Origin: Massalongia carnosa
Taxonomy: Eukaryota
Assembly: GCA_965645245.1 (NCBI GenBank)
Contig: OZ287083.1
Location: 1,302,001 to 1,366,000 of the forward strand
Direction: 5' to 3'
DNA length: 64,000 bases
Each line of letters begins with the position of its first letter. Positions within the stretch are counted from its first letter, which is position 1. This document shows positions 1-12,576 of this stretch, one piece after another. Made by a program: the position numbers and the translations under genes. The notes under the pieces were generated by a model. That model had not been told where the DNA came from, did no database searches, and saw only the letters and a program-made list of their open reading frames with translations.

Positions 1-850
1 CTATATGCGGCGATGAGAAGTTCAGACACGGCCTCAGACAAGGCCTCCACCACGAAGAATATTCTGCTTCTTTCGCGCGGGACTGCGATTATTCTTTTGA
101 TTCTATACGTTCTCTATCTTGTATTCCAACTCAAAACCCATGCCCATTTATTTGATGAAAAGCCCACTCCCGAAGGCAATGAGGAGCAGGCCGCGGAAGG
201 TGAAGAGGCAAATAACAATATGGAGGAGGAACCACTCCTTAGTCCGTGGTCCGCTGGCGTGGCTCTTGTTGTAGTCACTCTTCTCGTCGCTGTCTGTGCG
301 GAATACCTGGTCGATAGCATCGATTCGATTGTGCAGACCGCACATATCAGCAAGACTTTTATCGGCTTAGTCCTGCTGCCAATCGTTGGGAACGCCGCCG
401 AACATGTTACTGCGGTGGTCGTCGCATGGAGAGACAAGATGGATTTGGCCATTGGAGTTGCTATTGGGAGCAGCATGCAAATTGCCCTTCTCGTCACGCC
501 GTTTTTGGTCATTCTGGGTTGGATCATCGGTCAGGAGATGACTCTCCGCTTTGAGACGTTTGAGACTGTCGTATTCTTTTTGAGCATGCTCATCACCAAC
601 TACCTCATTCAGGTTTGTGGATATACTGTATCATGACATGGGTTATCACCGCTGATTTGATCCAGGATGGGAAATCGAATTATCTGGAAGGAGCCATGCT
701 GATTGGAATGTACGAGCTTTATTCTGTCCCCCCAACATTTGGAGAGCATTCACTGATTTACACAGGTATACCATCATTGCCGTGGCCTTTTTCGTCTATC
801 CGGACGATGCGAAGGATGTTGGAAATCAGTTGTTTACTTTCCTGTCATAA
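1..850 (+). CDS. VCX1: Vacuolar Ca2+/H+ exchanger (CAX/Vcx1 family), 3' part; exons <1-612, 666-709, 766-850
   Basis: Alpha-2 repeat LLPIVGNAAEH, KMDLAIGVAIGSSMQIAL and DGKSNYLEG after splicing GT-AG introns 613-665 and 710-765; ends ...FTFLS-TAA at 850; 5' end lies outside the window. Confidence 0.93.
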
Positions 851-1309
851 CCCTCAGACTCGGAGTAGCTCCAGGTCGATATCCGGGATGAGCAGGGGTT
901 GAGGTGTATTGTTATACTTTGTACATAAACTGCTCAAGGCGATCAGGGGTTGGGAACGTTAAAAATTTTTTTCGTTCTATTCTTTCCTCCAAGAAGACGA
1001 CTTTTCTTATCTTTTCTTCACACTACAACAGAAATTCTTGCATTCTATCCACACATGTGGACTATTATTACCTAGTTACCTTGTATGGTGCATTTATCAT
1101 GCTGTCAATAATGATTAAAAACTAGCAGGGCCGCACGGGAAATCGGGGTGGGACAACCCCGAGCCCGAGGTACTCCGACTCCTCATCCCCTCAGATGTCG
1201 TCATAGACTCTAGGCCCCAAGAAAAGAAACAGAGTATCCGCATACCACTCTCTTTCTTTCCCTCCATCCGCCCCACCGTTGCCTCTCGCTTCCTCCCCAA
1301 AATAGAAAA

Positions 1310-2393
1310 ATGCCCCTCCTTCCCTCCCTTCTTCAATCAACCGCCTTATCCACCCCCTTCCTCTCCACCCTCGTCCCCAGCATCTCCCTCGCCTACGCTC
1401 TCCAAGGTCTCGCCGCCGTGCCGTCTATCCTTGCTCACACAGAGCACTACTACGACCTTTCGGGTTCTCTGACTTATCTCTCCTGCACGGCGCTGAGTCT
1501 GTATTTGCCGGCTTTAAGAGCGGCGAACGCGTCCACTGCGGGGAAATGGACGGGAGCGGGGACGTTTGTGTGGCCGCGAGTGGGGACCGTGGTAAGGGGC
1601 TTGAATTGGAGACAGGTCGCGTTGAGCGCGGCTGTGGGGGTGTGGGCAACCCGATGTGAGTCTCCTCTCAATCTAAGTTATCTGAGATTCTCCCGTTTCC
1701 ACTAATTCACATTCCATGGCCGCCTATGTTGACTTCTGAACAGTAGGAACCTACCTTTACCGGCGCATCTCGGTCTCAGGCTCCGACTCCCGCTTCGCCA
1801 CCATCCGCGACTCCCCCCCTAGATTCCTCACCGCCTTCTTCCTCCAAGCAACTTGGGTCAGCATTTGCCTGCTCCCCGTTCTCGCCATCAACGCCATCCC
1901 CGCGCCGGTCCTCGCCACACTCCCTCGCTCCGTCATCCTCACCGATGCGCTCGGCCTCGCCCTTTTCGCCGGCGGCCTCGGCTTCGAGGTCCTGGCCGAC
2001 CGCCAGAAGGACCAGTGGTCGCAGGAGAAGCGCGAGAAGAAGCACAGCGAGGAGTTTTTGACACGGGGGCTGTGGTCGAAGAGCAGACATCCGAACTACT
2101 TCGGCGAGGTGGCGCTGTGGAGTGGCATCGCGGTCGTGGCGGGCGGCGTGCTGGCCAGGAACGCGGGCGCGGTGGGCATGGGTCTGGCAGGCGCAGGGGC
2201 GAATGCGACGGGGTGGAAGGCAAGAGCGCTGGGCGTAGCGATGGCGGGCGTGAGTCCTGCGTTTGTGGCGGCCCTGTTGATGTTCGTGAGCGGGGTGCCG
2301 CTCAGCGAGAAAAAGTACGACGCCAAGTTTGGCCATCGTGAGGATTATCAACGCTGGAAGCGTGACACGCCGCTTTTTGTGCCGAAGTTTTGA
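1310..2393 (+). CDS. DUF1295 / steroid 5-alpha-reductase-like membrane protein; exons 1310-1655, 1744-2393
   Basis: EHYYDLSGS, WATR|LGTYLYRRI, DSRF, GLWSKSRHPNYFGEVALW and YQRWKRDTPLFVP motifs; intron GTGAGT 1656 to CAG 1743 restores the frame. Confidence 0.9.
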
Positions 2394-2934
2394 GATTGTG
2401 GGGGGTTGCTCTTTTTTGTTAGGTGGTGGGGAGGTGGTGGAAAAAGCGAGAAAGCGAGAAAGCGGCATCTTCATCGATTCTAACTCTCGCGGGAAAAGAA
2501 AAGCTTGCTATCGATTTATATTGGTATCTACGTATCTATATATCTATTCATTTCCTAACCCCCTTCCCTTTCAACACTCCTATCCGCGTCCGTCCTACGT
2601 ACATACATATTCCTCCCCCCCCCCCCATCTATCTATCCTCTTCCCTCCCATATCAAGGTTATATTACAGAGTACCTAGATATCTATATTATATTATATAT
2701 ATAACCCCCCATGCTACCAAGGAACCCCCCCCCCCTCCCGCCTTTTTTCCACGGCTTCAGAAAAAACCCCTCCCGATTCTTTCGGTTTCTCTCCTTTGGT
2801 TCTTTCTTTTTCTTTTGGCTAGCCTCGATTGGATTTGATCTGATCTGATCTGATTTTGTCGGGGCCGGGGAGGGATGGGGTGGGAGAGTGGGGAGTGAGT
2901 GAAAAGGAATGAGGGGGGGTGGGGGTAAGCGCTA

Positions 2935-3053
<119 letters not shown>

Positions 3054-5551
3054 TTCTTTTGGTGTTTATTTTTTATTTTTACTATTTCGTGTTTTTTTTT
3101 TTTATCAATCTGCTCTTTAGATAAACCCCCTCCCCCGTTTCCTAGTACTGAGGGGTATGTGAGGGGATTTTGATGATGGGAAAAGGGAGCGAAGGACTAG
3201 ATGGGGATAGAGTGGGGATGGAAGGAACGATCGATCGATTGATCGACGATAGATATTAAAGGGAGAAGGATAAGGAGGGGAAGGGATATTATATTATGTG
3301 ATGTGAAATGGGCAGTCATTAACTGACAGGAAATTAGAAATATATGGTTTTTTGGAGTTAGTTCCCTCTCTACTTCCATCTTCAAGAGGGTTTTTTTGTC
3401 TGTTTAAAGAAACCACGTGTTCTCATCTCAAGAACCCCCTTTTTCATATATCTAGAGAGCTAGCTGGTAATTCTCTCTTCCTGGTCGCCTAAAGCAAGCA
3501 ACCGGTTTTCCACCTCTCTCAGATCTACCTACTCTCTACTCAGGAATGAAAATGCAAGGGGCGAGAAGCGGCCCTTGGATATAAGCTGCGGGCTCTTAAA
3601 TCGCTCGAAACCCAGAAAACCTTCCGAGCATCTTCACTCGAGGTTCTTTCAGCGCCCGCAAGAAGTAGCGCGCCTATCGAACAAGGACTGTTCTTCTTTC
3701 TTTGTGCTTTAGGTATTTCTGTCTTATCGTCGCGATAATGTTCTTCCCGACGAGATAATGAAATTCTTTCTGAGATGTTCTGAAGATCAAAATGAACGGT
3801 TGTGTGTTCTTAAGAGACGGAAGACGTGTTACAGAGCTACTCGTCGCGGGCGGGGAAAGATTGTGGATACGGAGAATAAGGACAGGGAAGGGGAGATAGA
3901 TTGAGAGCTCTTCTAAAGAGTGAAGAAAGAAAATACCAATCAATAAATGTAGAGTAGGGTTGGTTTTTGAGAGAGAAAGGGGAATCGAGATATGAAGGAA
4001 AAAGAACGAGGGAGAGGAGACATTGCTATGCACCAGACCCATAACCATGATCTTATTGAAATGAACAAATTAATAATATTGAAACATAGCTTGCCTGTCC
4101 TACCTGGCTACCTTTTACCAGGGCCTTTAGCAGCTAGATGTCTTCCTCTGTTATACATTCTTCTTGAGTTTATCTCCGCTGGATAAATTGTACAGTGTGT
4201 AGATGTACAAAAAAAAACTGCTGGTTCATAAAAGGTGTCACTACAGAGTGTGGATATAAAGAGCATTCAAAGCTGGAGGATCTAGTAACTACATTCCTTG
4301 AGATAGAGAAATGACATGTTTTGCATATTCATTGGTTAAACGCTTCAAATCCCCCAGGAAAGGAATGGTCTTCCCAAATCGCAAGCTCTGCTAAGACGTT
4401 ATGATCGACTGAACCGTGAAAGGAACTCTTAGAAATTAGGTGCACAACAGTTCAGGTTGATGGGCTGTCGTTTCATATATCCTCTTGCTATTGACTAACA
4501 GGGATTGCTCGACTAAGTTTGGCGCTGTTGGTTTCATTACTCGAATACTTTCGTCACCTTTTTACTTCTTTCTGTGGCTAAGGATCCTGGTAGGTGACGA
4601 GCTTCAAGCTTGTCGCATATGCGACTGATCGGAATTCCCTAGCTAATCCCTTTTCCTGGTAAATCTGGACCGAGCCTGGATTCTATAGCTGGTGGAGTTT
4701 GACGGATTAATAGACGACTAGTGAAAGACCAAGCTTTTGTATAAAGGACCGTACCAAAGCCCCTAGACCAAAAGCTTGGTAGGGCTAAGGCTTTCGATCA
4801 TGATGAGAAGAACAGAACGATATATATAGCCGATCCAAGAGTGAAAATGGCATAAGGTTAAGATGTTGAGAAGGCTGGCATAAGGGAAGCAGGGAGCGCA
4901 TGTCCTGGGATGAAGTCAGCCACCCCAGCCACCTAATGCAAAAGCAATGCCTGATTAAGTAAAGCTTAAAGCCACAGAGTTAGCTCAGATAGTGAAACGC
5001 CAAAACAGTCGCTATGGCGGTGGAGGTTGCACGTTCCGTCAAGATTCGGCTGGGATAGGAGAGACTTCCTTCGTTGCCATGTGTTTCCGAATCTGCACCA
5101 GTGTTGGCAACGTAGATCAAGGCTTCTTGATTGGTAGCTTCTTTCCGAGGGCTTGTTGCAGAGAATCACTAACTCACTACAGAGCACTCTGTATCCCAGC
5201 AACACGATCTTATGTAGCGGGTTATCCAAGATGGCCAGAAGAAGAACAACGTCGCATTACCGTTCGTCATGTAGTGGAGTTCAATCGACAGATCCAATGT
5301 GAACTGATATACGGAGCAAGTGAACCCTCACTACCACCACGGTCAAAGTCAAACAGGCGGTAAGCTTTTGTCTTCGAGACGTTAGGCAAAATCGTCGGTT
5401 ATGCCAATGCGTTTTTCTCCAGAGGGCGTCGGCCTGAAACAATGTCTTAAGCGACGATACTGCAACTAAAATGGTCACGATGCGTCTCCGTTCCAGCTTC
5501 CTCCCCAACCATTTGCGTAGTTATCCGAGTGACGAGCATGAAGGAATCTTG

Positions 5552-6811
5552 TACAGAGTACGCCACCGACGATAAGGCCGGGCGTGCTGCAAGGCGCAGA
5601 ATTTAACGCGTTGATTTACTTCGGTCTTACGAAGTACTCCGTACAATGTCATCCACATCACGCATAGGAGAACTTAGAGCTCGAGTTGGGGTCGTAGGCA
5701 CCGAGAGTAACTACAGAGTACAAAGTAAAGATGTACCCAGGTTCAGGGGGCATGAGAGTAGTACTCTATACATACCGTACACATTACAATAATCGTACAT
5801 AGTACTTCTTGTACAAAGTACTTCTTGTACAGAGTACGTAAGCATCGGCTAAAGCCTGGCATGGAACGGTGCAGGTAGGCCAGTGCTGTCTATTCCACCG
5901 GTAGCCCTACGTTTCTAACCTAGCGAAGCGTGTACAGGTACAAAGTAAGAGCACAGAGTACCTCTTCAATTAAGTAGCTGCCCTATATGAAACAGAGCGC
6001 TTGGCTGGTTGGGGCCTGGAAGGACGAGTCTGGAAGGACGAGTCTGGAAGGACTAGTCTGGAAGGGCGAGCATTGATTCGAATCTCCACAAGAACGATAG
6101 ACGCAGTGATCACCGAGTGCTGTGTACAGAGTACCTAGTTATACGCTGATGACACGGATCTAGGAATGGTGATGCTGACGGAACCCAACGATGCGTGGAG
6201 ACCGAGCACACTCGGGACTGTCATGCTACGGTAAGACGGTTGGTAGCAAACGGACGGTCCATGGACGAGAGCGGTGATGAGCCGTGAGCCGCCTTGAAGT
6301 CTGCAAGGTAGGGGGAATATGGAAAGGGGCAAGAGGAAAAGCGGCAGAGCGATGATTCCATCCTAACCTTGGTTGGTTTCATTCCATCCGGGGATTGTTA
6401 GTACTTTTATTATGTTTATGTATTATTAATATTTTACGAGTCAGTCGTGGCACCGCGTTCACTCAATGAAACTAGCCCGCTTGCAGAGTGCAGGATGAGT
6501 AAAAAGTTGGGAGTGGGCACTGAACGGTCTGTGCAGCCATGCCCCGCGAGGAAACCAGCTGGAGTCGTATAGAGTAAGTACCAGGTAGGTATCACATGCG
6601 ATACTTCTCCCTGACTAGGTAGTTCTTTTGGCAAACTCCGAAGTACTAGCATCAAGTACCAGAGTACAGAGGTCCAGTACCGTTGGCTGAGATATTATAA
6701 GCTATAGATTCCTTGACTTGTTCCAGGGTTCTAGCGAAAAAGGGGGAACCAGAGGTTGCTTTCCGATAGTAGTACAGTGTAGAGTAACTAGAGAGTAACT
6801 ACTACTCTGTA
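5552..6811. promoter_or_regulatory. Cluster of TAC[A/G]GAGTA motifs upstream of the C2H2 gene at 9078
   Basis: Exact copies on either strand at 5552, 5635, 5712, 5828, 6125, 6803 plus near-matches such as TACAAAGTA; a regulatory role is inferred only. Confidence 0.55.
6016..6070. repeat. 14-bp tandem repeat CTGGAAGGACGAGT x4
   Basis: Two exact and two one-mismatch units (last one partial) seen directly. Confidence 0.9.
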
Positions 6812-6929
6812 CAGAAATCAAGGGAGGAAAGTTCGCCTGACCAGGGGTGAAGGAGGTTGACTTGGAACTAGGATGTAATTGATCAGCCTCGTATCTGTGC
6901 CGGTAGCGTCAAAATCGCTTTCTTCTCGA

Positions 6930-7011
6930 ATGCTTCTCCATGCCTCTTCCATGCTTCCAATTATGCTTCCGTGCTTCTGATGCTTCCATGCTTCCATGCG
7001 TTCCATGCTTC
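6930..7011. repeat. Degenerate (ATGCTTCC)n repeat
   Basis: About 9 imperfect ATGCTTCC-like units. Confidence 0.8.
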
Positions 7012-7439
7012 GATTTGTTCTTCGCAGATTCTACTGCGGTTGGTTAGCTCATTGGCCTGTTCGTTGCAAGGATGGACCCAGTTTATGCCGTGTCCTGCAA
7101 CATGAAATGATGGCAGCCCTATGGTTGGGATGGATCATTGGATCTCAAGAGACATGAACTCCCGTATGCCGGGTAGAGTATGATAGGAGGAATACTTTGC
7201 TCCAGAGTAGTTGGTTATGACGAATGACAAGTACGAGAAGCTGGGATGATGATCTGGTGGTCGTCGTAACGTGTGACACCTCGAGTCGAGGTCCTTTGAA
7301 CAATCTCGGTGCCGTCGGTAGCCTTGAAATAATATCCAAATATTAACACTCCGTACTAAAGCTGTAGTCACCAGGCAAAGCCAGAGAAATAGTAAATACC
7401 GCCCGGAATGCTGATTGAACACTCCGCCACTGGCGCGCC

Positions 7440-8720
7440 TTCTTTTCCGCCCGCTACTCATCATCACCATCGCAAACCTTTCTACTCGGCATCTTCTTCT
7501 GATTCCACATAACTTTCTTCAAATCCCGTCTCCTCGAATTTCGCCGGTTCTTCGAGCAGTACGTTTCCTCGTTTCAGTAAGGTTATCCTTGTCCTACCGC
7601 CATTCCACTTGCCATGTCGCTTTCCAACCTGCACCTTTAAGAAAACGCTACAGCTCGCTGGAAAGCTAAAATCTACCGGCGCCCCACACTTCACTTTCCC
7701 TATTTATCGTCGATTTATCGCGATATTACTTTAGAGTGACTAGATGACAATTTGTAGGTTTTGGGAGGAGATTTAAATAACATTTCCGTCAAGTCAAGCG
7801 ATACAAAATTCATTGGCCGCGCTAGAAGTGACGTTATCGGGGAAGCCAAGAGTAATGTCAGTGTTTGATGCTTTTTCCAAAGAGTTTTATAGGCTTGTAT
7901 TTGGGATTTGCCTTGGAGTCGAATGCTGACGTTAAGGCGCATGGTATAGAAGCCGTTATAGTCGTCCTGTTAAAGAAAGATATTTGCATACCAACGAACC
8001 TTCTAAAACCCTGCTTTGCAAACTTCTTCGTACATCCTGGATTGGAGGGGCAGATACCAGGTTTCTTTTCGTCGCGCGAAGCCGTGTTGAAGCGGACCGG
8101 CTATTAAATCTCTGCCCACCCTCTTAGAACCCGGCAGTCAATGGTCGCAGGTCCAACGCATTGTGCCTGGCTTGAGGGAAAAAAGGCCGAGAAGGTGGAT
8201 CGAGCTTCAGGGTTTGTGGCTTTCTGCAAAGCATCAATCAGGGCGCTGTGTGATTTTTCCAATTATCTTCTCTACAACGGCACACGGCGTCGGCAGAGTT
8301 GGTCTGAGACGGAAGCCCATTGAGAATACGGCCTTGGGAGATTGTTGAGAGACATTTGACTCGCACGATATCTAAAGGTTGGTGGGATTCTCTTTCGGTC
8401 CAAAGAATATAAACGCCTCCATGCGGACGGCGTGGTCTATTTCATCGCCGTTGCTTGAGAAAGAGCTGGCTACACAACGTAGGGGTTGACTCCTCAAGTT
8501 TCCACACTTACGTGTGTCTGGTGGGATGCCCATTTTTGCTTTGGATTGGAATCTTCAATCATTTTTGCTGGAATATGTCGTTGTATGAAGCTGCCGGCTT
8601 GTACCTCGCCGTCATGGAAGAAAATATCTGAACGGATTTCCGCGGTCGGCCACCTTTTCCATCTGAAGATAATAAGTGATGAGATCATCATCGATCGTGA
8701 CCTTACCTGCCCTGTATTCC
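7440..8720 (-). pseudogene. Possible heavily decayed gene with an F-box-like (LPxEIR) N-terminus
   Basis: Minus-strand fragments FRWKRWPTAEIRSDIF (about 8670-8620), HAVRMEAFIFF (about 8430) and an acidic tail EETGFEESYVESEEDAE (about 7500), separated by stops and frameshifts; boundaries approximate. Confidence 0.3.
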
Positions 8721-9077
8721 ATGCACACATTGGATCTTGAATCAACGAAGACTAATTGTTTTGTGGCCTTACACAGGGTTTCAAGCGAAGCTTATGGTTT
8801 GGTAGCCTTAAGTTCGGGGAACAATCGAAACGACGGCCACTCTCTATCTCTGAGCTCTCTGAAACGCCGAAACATTTGCAGTCGCTCTCGAGCCCCCATA
8901 CAAACCCGGGTGTTGGTGCGGACGTCCGTTCCGAGACGTCGAAGCACAACCATTCACACTCTCTTGGGAATAGCTTACTCTCGCTGTGAATTTCTTTCAT
9001 TCACTTGAGACCCCGCGTCTCAGATCTAATCTCCTCCCTTGCTGTAATTTTCCGGATCCCACAACCTCCCCGTAAAG

Positions 9078-10579
9078 ATGGATATCACCAACATGTTGAA
9101 TGGCAAAGGGCCTTCTACCACTAACACCGGTGAACTTCACATGCAACAGCTGTCCAAACCTCCACATATGCCTGGCCATAACCCATCAGAGGCAGGTTCG
9201 GAGGTGGGTAATAATTCGGATCATTCTTCTGGATATTCCTCACGGTCGGCGAAAGCGTTACAAGCCATGCCGAACATACCGAATGGTATGCGATATCCAT
9301 CGCCATCGCACCTTCAAAACCCCATCTCAATGTTAGCGAGTGGGTATTCCGCACAGAACTTGGGCCTGGAAAATGGCTACATTCCCGGGCAGCATCAGGA
9401 TGAGCAGCAGAACCAAGCAGAGCATTTTAACAACCCTGGCCGGGCCTCTGGGAACGAGGCGGTCAAGGCGTTTGCGTGCACAACCTGCAGCAAAGGGTTC
9501 GCACGTCGGAGTGACCTTGCACGTCACGGTTAGTGATGTGTAACTCCATGATATTATATGTGCTAACGAGCTATCGACAGAACGGATCCATAGCGGTGTC
9601 CGGCCTCACATGTGTGATCACCCTGGTTGCAAAAAACAATTCATCCAACGATCAGCTTTGACTGTGCATGCTCGCGTTCATACGGGCGAGAAACCACACA
9701 TGTGCGAACGATGTAGTAAGGTAATTGGCTCACCCGTGAAGAATGCCTGAAAACCTACTGATGCTAGAGGTGCAGCCTTTCAGCGATTCTAGCTCACTCG
9801 CCAGGCATCGGCGCATACATTCTGGAAAAAGACCGTATAAATGTCCATATGCAGATTGTCAGAAGACATTCACTCGTCGAACAACGTTGACTCGACATCA
9901 AAACCACCACACCGGGACGGTGGAAGAGGCCGCAGCTTCGACTGCAGCCATCCTTGCCTCTGCATCTCGACCATCGGGATACAGCACGAGAACCGAGTCC
10001 GATGGAGGTACATATTCAAACACGACATCTGCGCAATCTACACCTTCAATGGGTCCTCGAAACATGTCAATGTCCCCCTCAAGCGAGATACCACACATGC
10101 CAGCTCTCAATCGTCAAACTAGCGACTTCTCCTACATGAATGCTGGATCTTTACCACCTCACATGCGAGCTGATTTGCAGCCACAACCGAGCCCACGATC
10201 CTCTCCATCCGCGCACCCCCCCCCACTATCCTCGTTCGCTAGCAATCCACTCCGTCCTTCCTTGACCTCCCACCCTTCCATGTACGGCCCCCCGCCGATT
10301 TTGGAGCCACCCACCCACCACGAGCAACGCCAGCCTGGAAGTGCAGGTGGAAGCCCGCACTTAAGCAGCGTCGGCTGGCATTCCCCGTCACATCATGGCA
10401 TGGGGTCACCAAGCCACCATGGTGAGCCGTATATGTACCCGGAACCACCGTACGGCGCTCCTGCTCCCCACTTGTATTATCCAAATTCCAATCTTCGCCG
10501 GCCTCACAGCACGGAGCCGGAGCAGTACGATACCAAACCTCGGCTGGTGGTTGGCGAAGTCTGGACCGGGCAGATGTGA
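9078..10579 (+). CDS. Four-finger C2H2 zinc-finger transcription factor; exons 9078-9528, 9581-9720, 9776-10579
   Basis: [90 protein letters not shown]; canonical introns; Pro/Ser-rich C-terminus. Confidence 0.93.
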
Positions 10580-11113
10580 AGATTTGCAACCTCTAACGTG
10601 TGCTTTGCCTCAATCCGGATCTGTCGGCAACAACAATGTCATTTCTCTCTGTCTCAGTCACCATTTCCTTTGTCTGCACTCGAAATAGACTTTATACCCA
10701 ATGCGTGTGCTTTTACCGGTTTTTTCTTCAATGTCCGCTCCCCCATCTCCCTTTACTACCACCACCACCACCTATGGCTTTGTAAAAATATGTATCTAAG
10801 TCGGCCTTTTTTCGCGTACTTTTCGCTTTGGCCACGGGGTTTTTGGCGGCACCAAACGCGACGGGGTGGGTGGGTGGAACTTGATCGGCGGACGTAGAGA
10901 GGAGATGGAATCCAGGCTGGGGGGAGCAATGGGGGAGGGAGCAAAGGGAGGAGCAGGGAGGATGATTGCAAAGCTCTCTAATGGGGGGCAGCGAGCGGAC
11001 AATTCAATAGACCGGTCCAAATGTTGTTGTGTTTCCCCTCCCCCCTCTCTCATCCTCTTTCTCTCTGTGCTTTTGTTTTCCCGCAGCGGCAGTTCTTGTT
11101 TTTGGCCAGCCCA

Positions 11114-11200
11114 GGCGTGACGTGGCGTGACGTGGCATGAGGGTGGCGTGGTGTGACGAGGGTGGCGTGGTGTGACGAGGGTGGCGTGGTGTGACGAGGG
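11114..11200. repeat. 19-bp tandem repeat GAGGGTGGCGTGGTGTGAC x3, preceded by GGCGTGACGT x2
   Basis: GAGGG recurs at 11139, 11158, 11177, 11196. Confidence 0.9.
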
Positions 11201-11529
11201 TTGCGTGGGTTTTTACCAGAGATTGATCGAGGAGAGAGGATTGATACGAATGAATACACGGAGCTTTTTTCCGGTCGGGTCTTGGTCTTGGTCTGTGTAT
11301 ATATAGCGTGGCTGGCTGGCAAGCAGGGTTTTGGTTGTTTGGGTGTTTTTTTGTTTGGCTCGTTCATTACCTACCTACCTACCTACCTACCTACCTACCT
11401 ATCTACATATTTCCCTCATCCCTTTTTCTACGCTTCCTTTCTTTCAATTTCGTACCCATATTCTCTCTCTCTCCATGCGGTAGGGCTTAGGTTTCTTTTT
11501 GCACATCTCCCTTGGTTCGTGAACGGGGA

Positions 11530-11994
11530 TAATCAAAGCGACCAGAAGGTATTCCATTTGATGTTTCCGAGGGGGGAAGGCACCCCTCCAGGCGAAGATC
11601 TATGGGTTCAGAAATCCCATCTCCGGGCCAGCTTTGATGAGGCACTCAACCCCCCATTCGCCCACCTTATAAGGGGTACGCCCGGCTGCCACATCCGCAA
11701 AGTCATCAAGGCAGATCCGCATGCCGAATTTCCTCAGGCTAGGTAGTCGAGCGAGATAGAACGATCATAAGCGGCTCTCGAAGTTGAGACACAGTTTCAA
11801 GTCGTGGTAGCTAACGTCGATAGCCTCGAGGTCGGTTAACAACCAGCATTTCTACCGAGAATGTATGCGAGAGATGCGCTTTGCTGACGTCGTTCTTTGT
11901 GCCTCAAGGGTAAACAGCGCACGAATAAACCCGGTTGCAAATCTCGGGCGGGGAGACCGAGGAAACGGAACGCAGTTTTGGAGTCGCCATTCAT
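11530..11994 (-). pseudogene. Pseudogene of an F-box-like (FxFLxLPxEIRNxIY-type) fungal hypothetical protein
   Basis: ATG 11994 MNGDSKTAFRFLGLPA /+1 frameshift/ EICNRVYSCAVYP* ... MLVVNR /frameshift/ LEAIDVSYHDLKLCLNF ... LPSLRKFGMRICLDDF; multiple stops; 3' end approximate. Confidence 0.55.
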
Positions 11995-12576
11995 GGTATC
12001 TATGTCGATCTTGCGAGATCGAAAAACTTCTAGTCTATACGCCAACAAGCTTCGAGGCTTCGGTGCAATGAGCATCGAGCCTAAAGATACATATTAATTA
12101 GTTGGCCAAATGGATCTCCTATCCTGTTTCTAGTTGGGTTGTCCTGACGCCCGTGAAGCCTGGAAGTTTCCGGTTTGAGCATATCATGGGTTGGTTGTTG
12201 GGCGGGCTGGTCTCGGGGTCTGGTGCCCGTCTTGAAGTTTGGAGAGTGTACGCTCGCGGTTCGGGTAATGAATTTGGGCGGGGCTTGGTAGCGTTAGTAC
12301 GGAACCTGTTAGAAATGGCGGAGCTTGAGAAGCTGGAGCTGGAATATATAAGTCTGGCGAAGTCGAAAAGCCTGAACCGCTGCCTGATTTGATCTAAATT
12401 TTGTTTTAATTTAAAGAAAATTAGGGCTATAGGGCATTTGAAGGTGAAGGATCGCTGGCTTGCCGGATGCTAAAACATACTTCGAAGAACCACCTAAAGG
12501 TAAAAGATGTCATGCAGCATACAATACAGGTTGACCAGAACGATGGTAACTCTGCCAAGACAGGTCCTCAGTTGCT

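Noticed and set aside
1776..2474. 232-aa minus-strand ORF and other overlapping ORFs
   Set aside because: Antisense or alternate-frame shadows of the GC-rich DUF1295 exon; the same applies to shadows over FMC1, DDP1 and NCS6.
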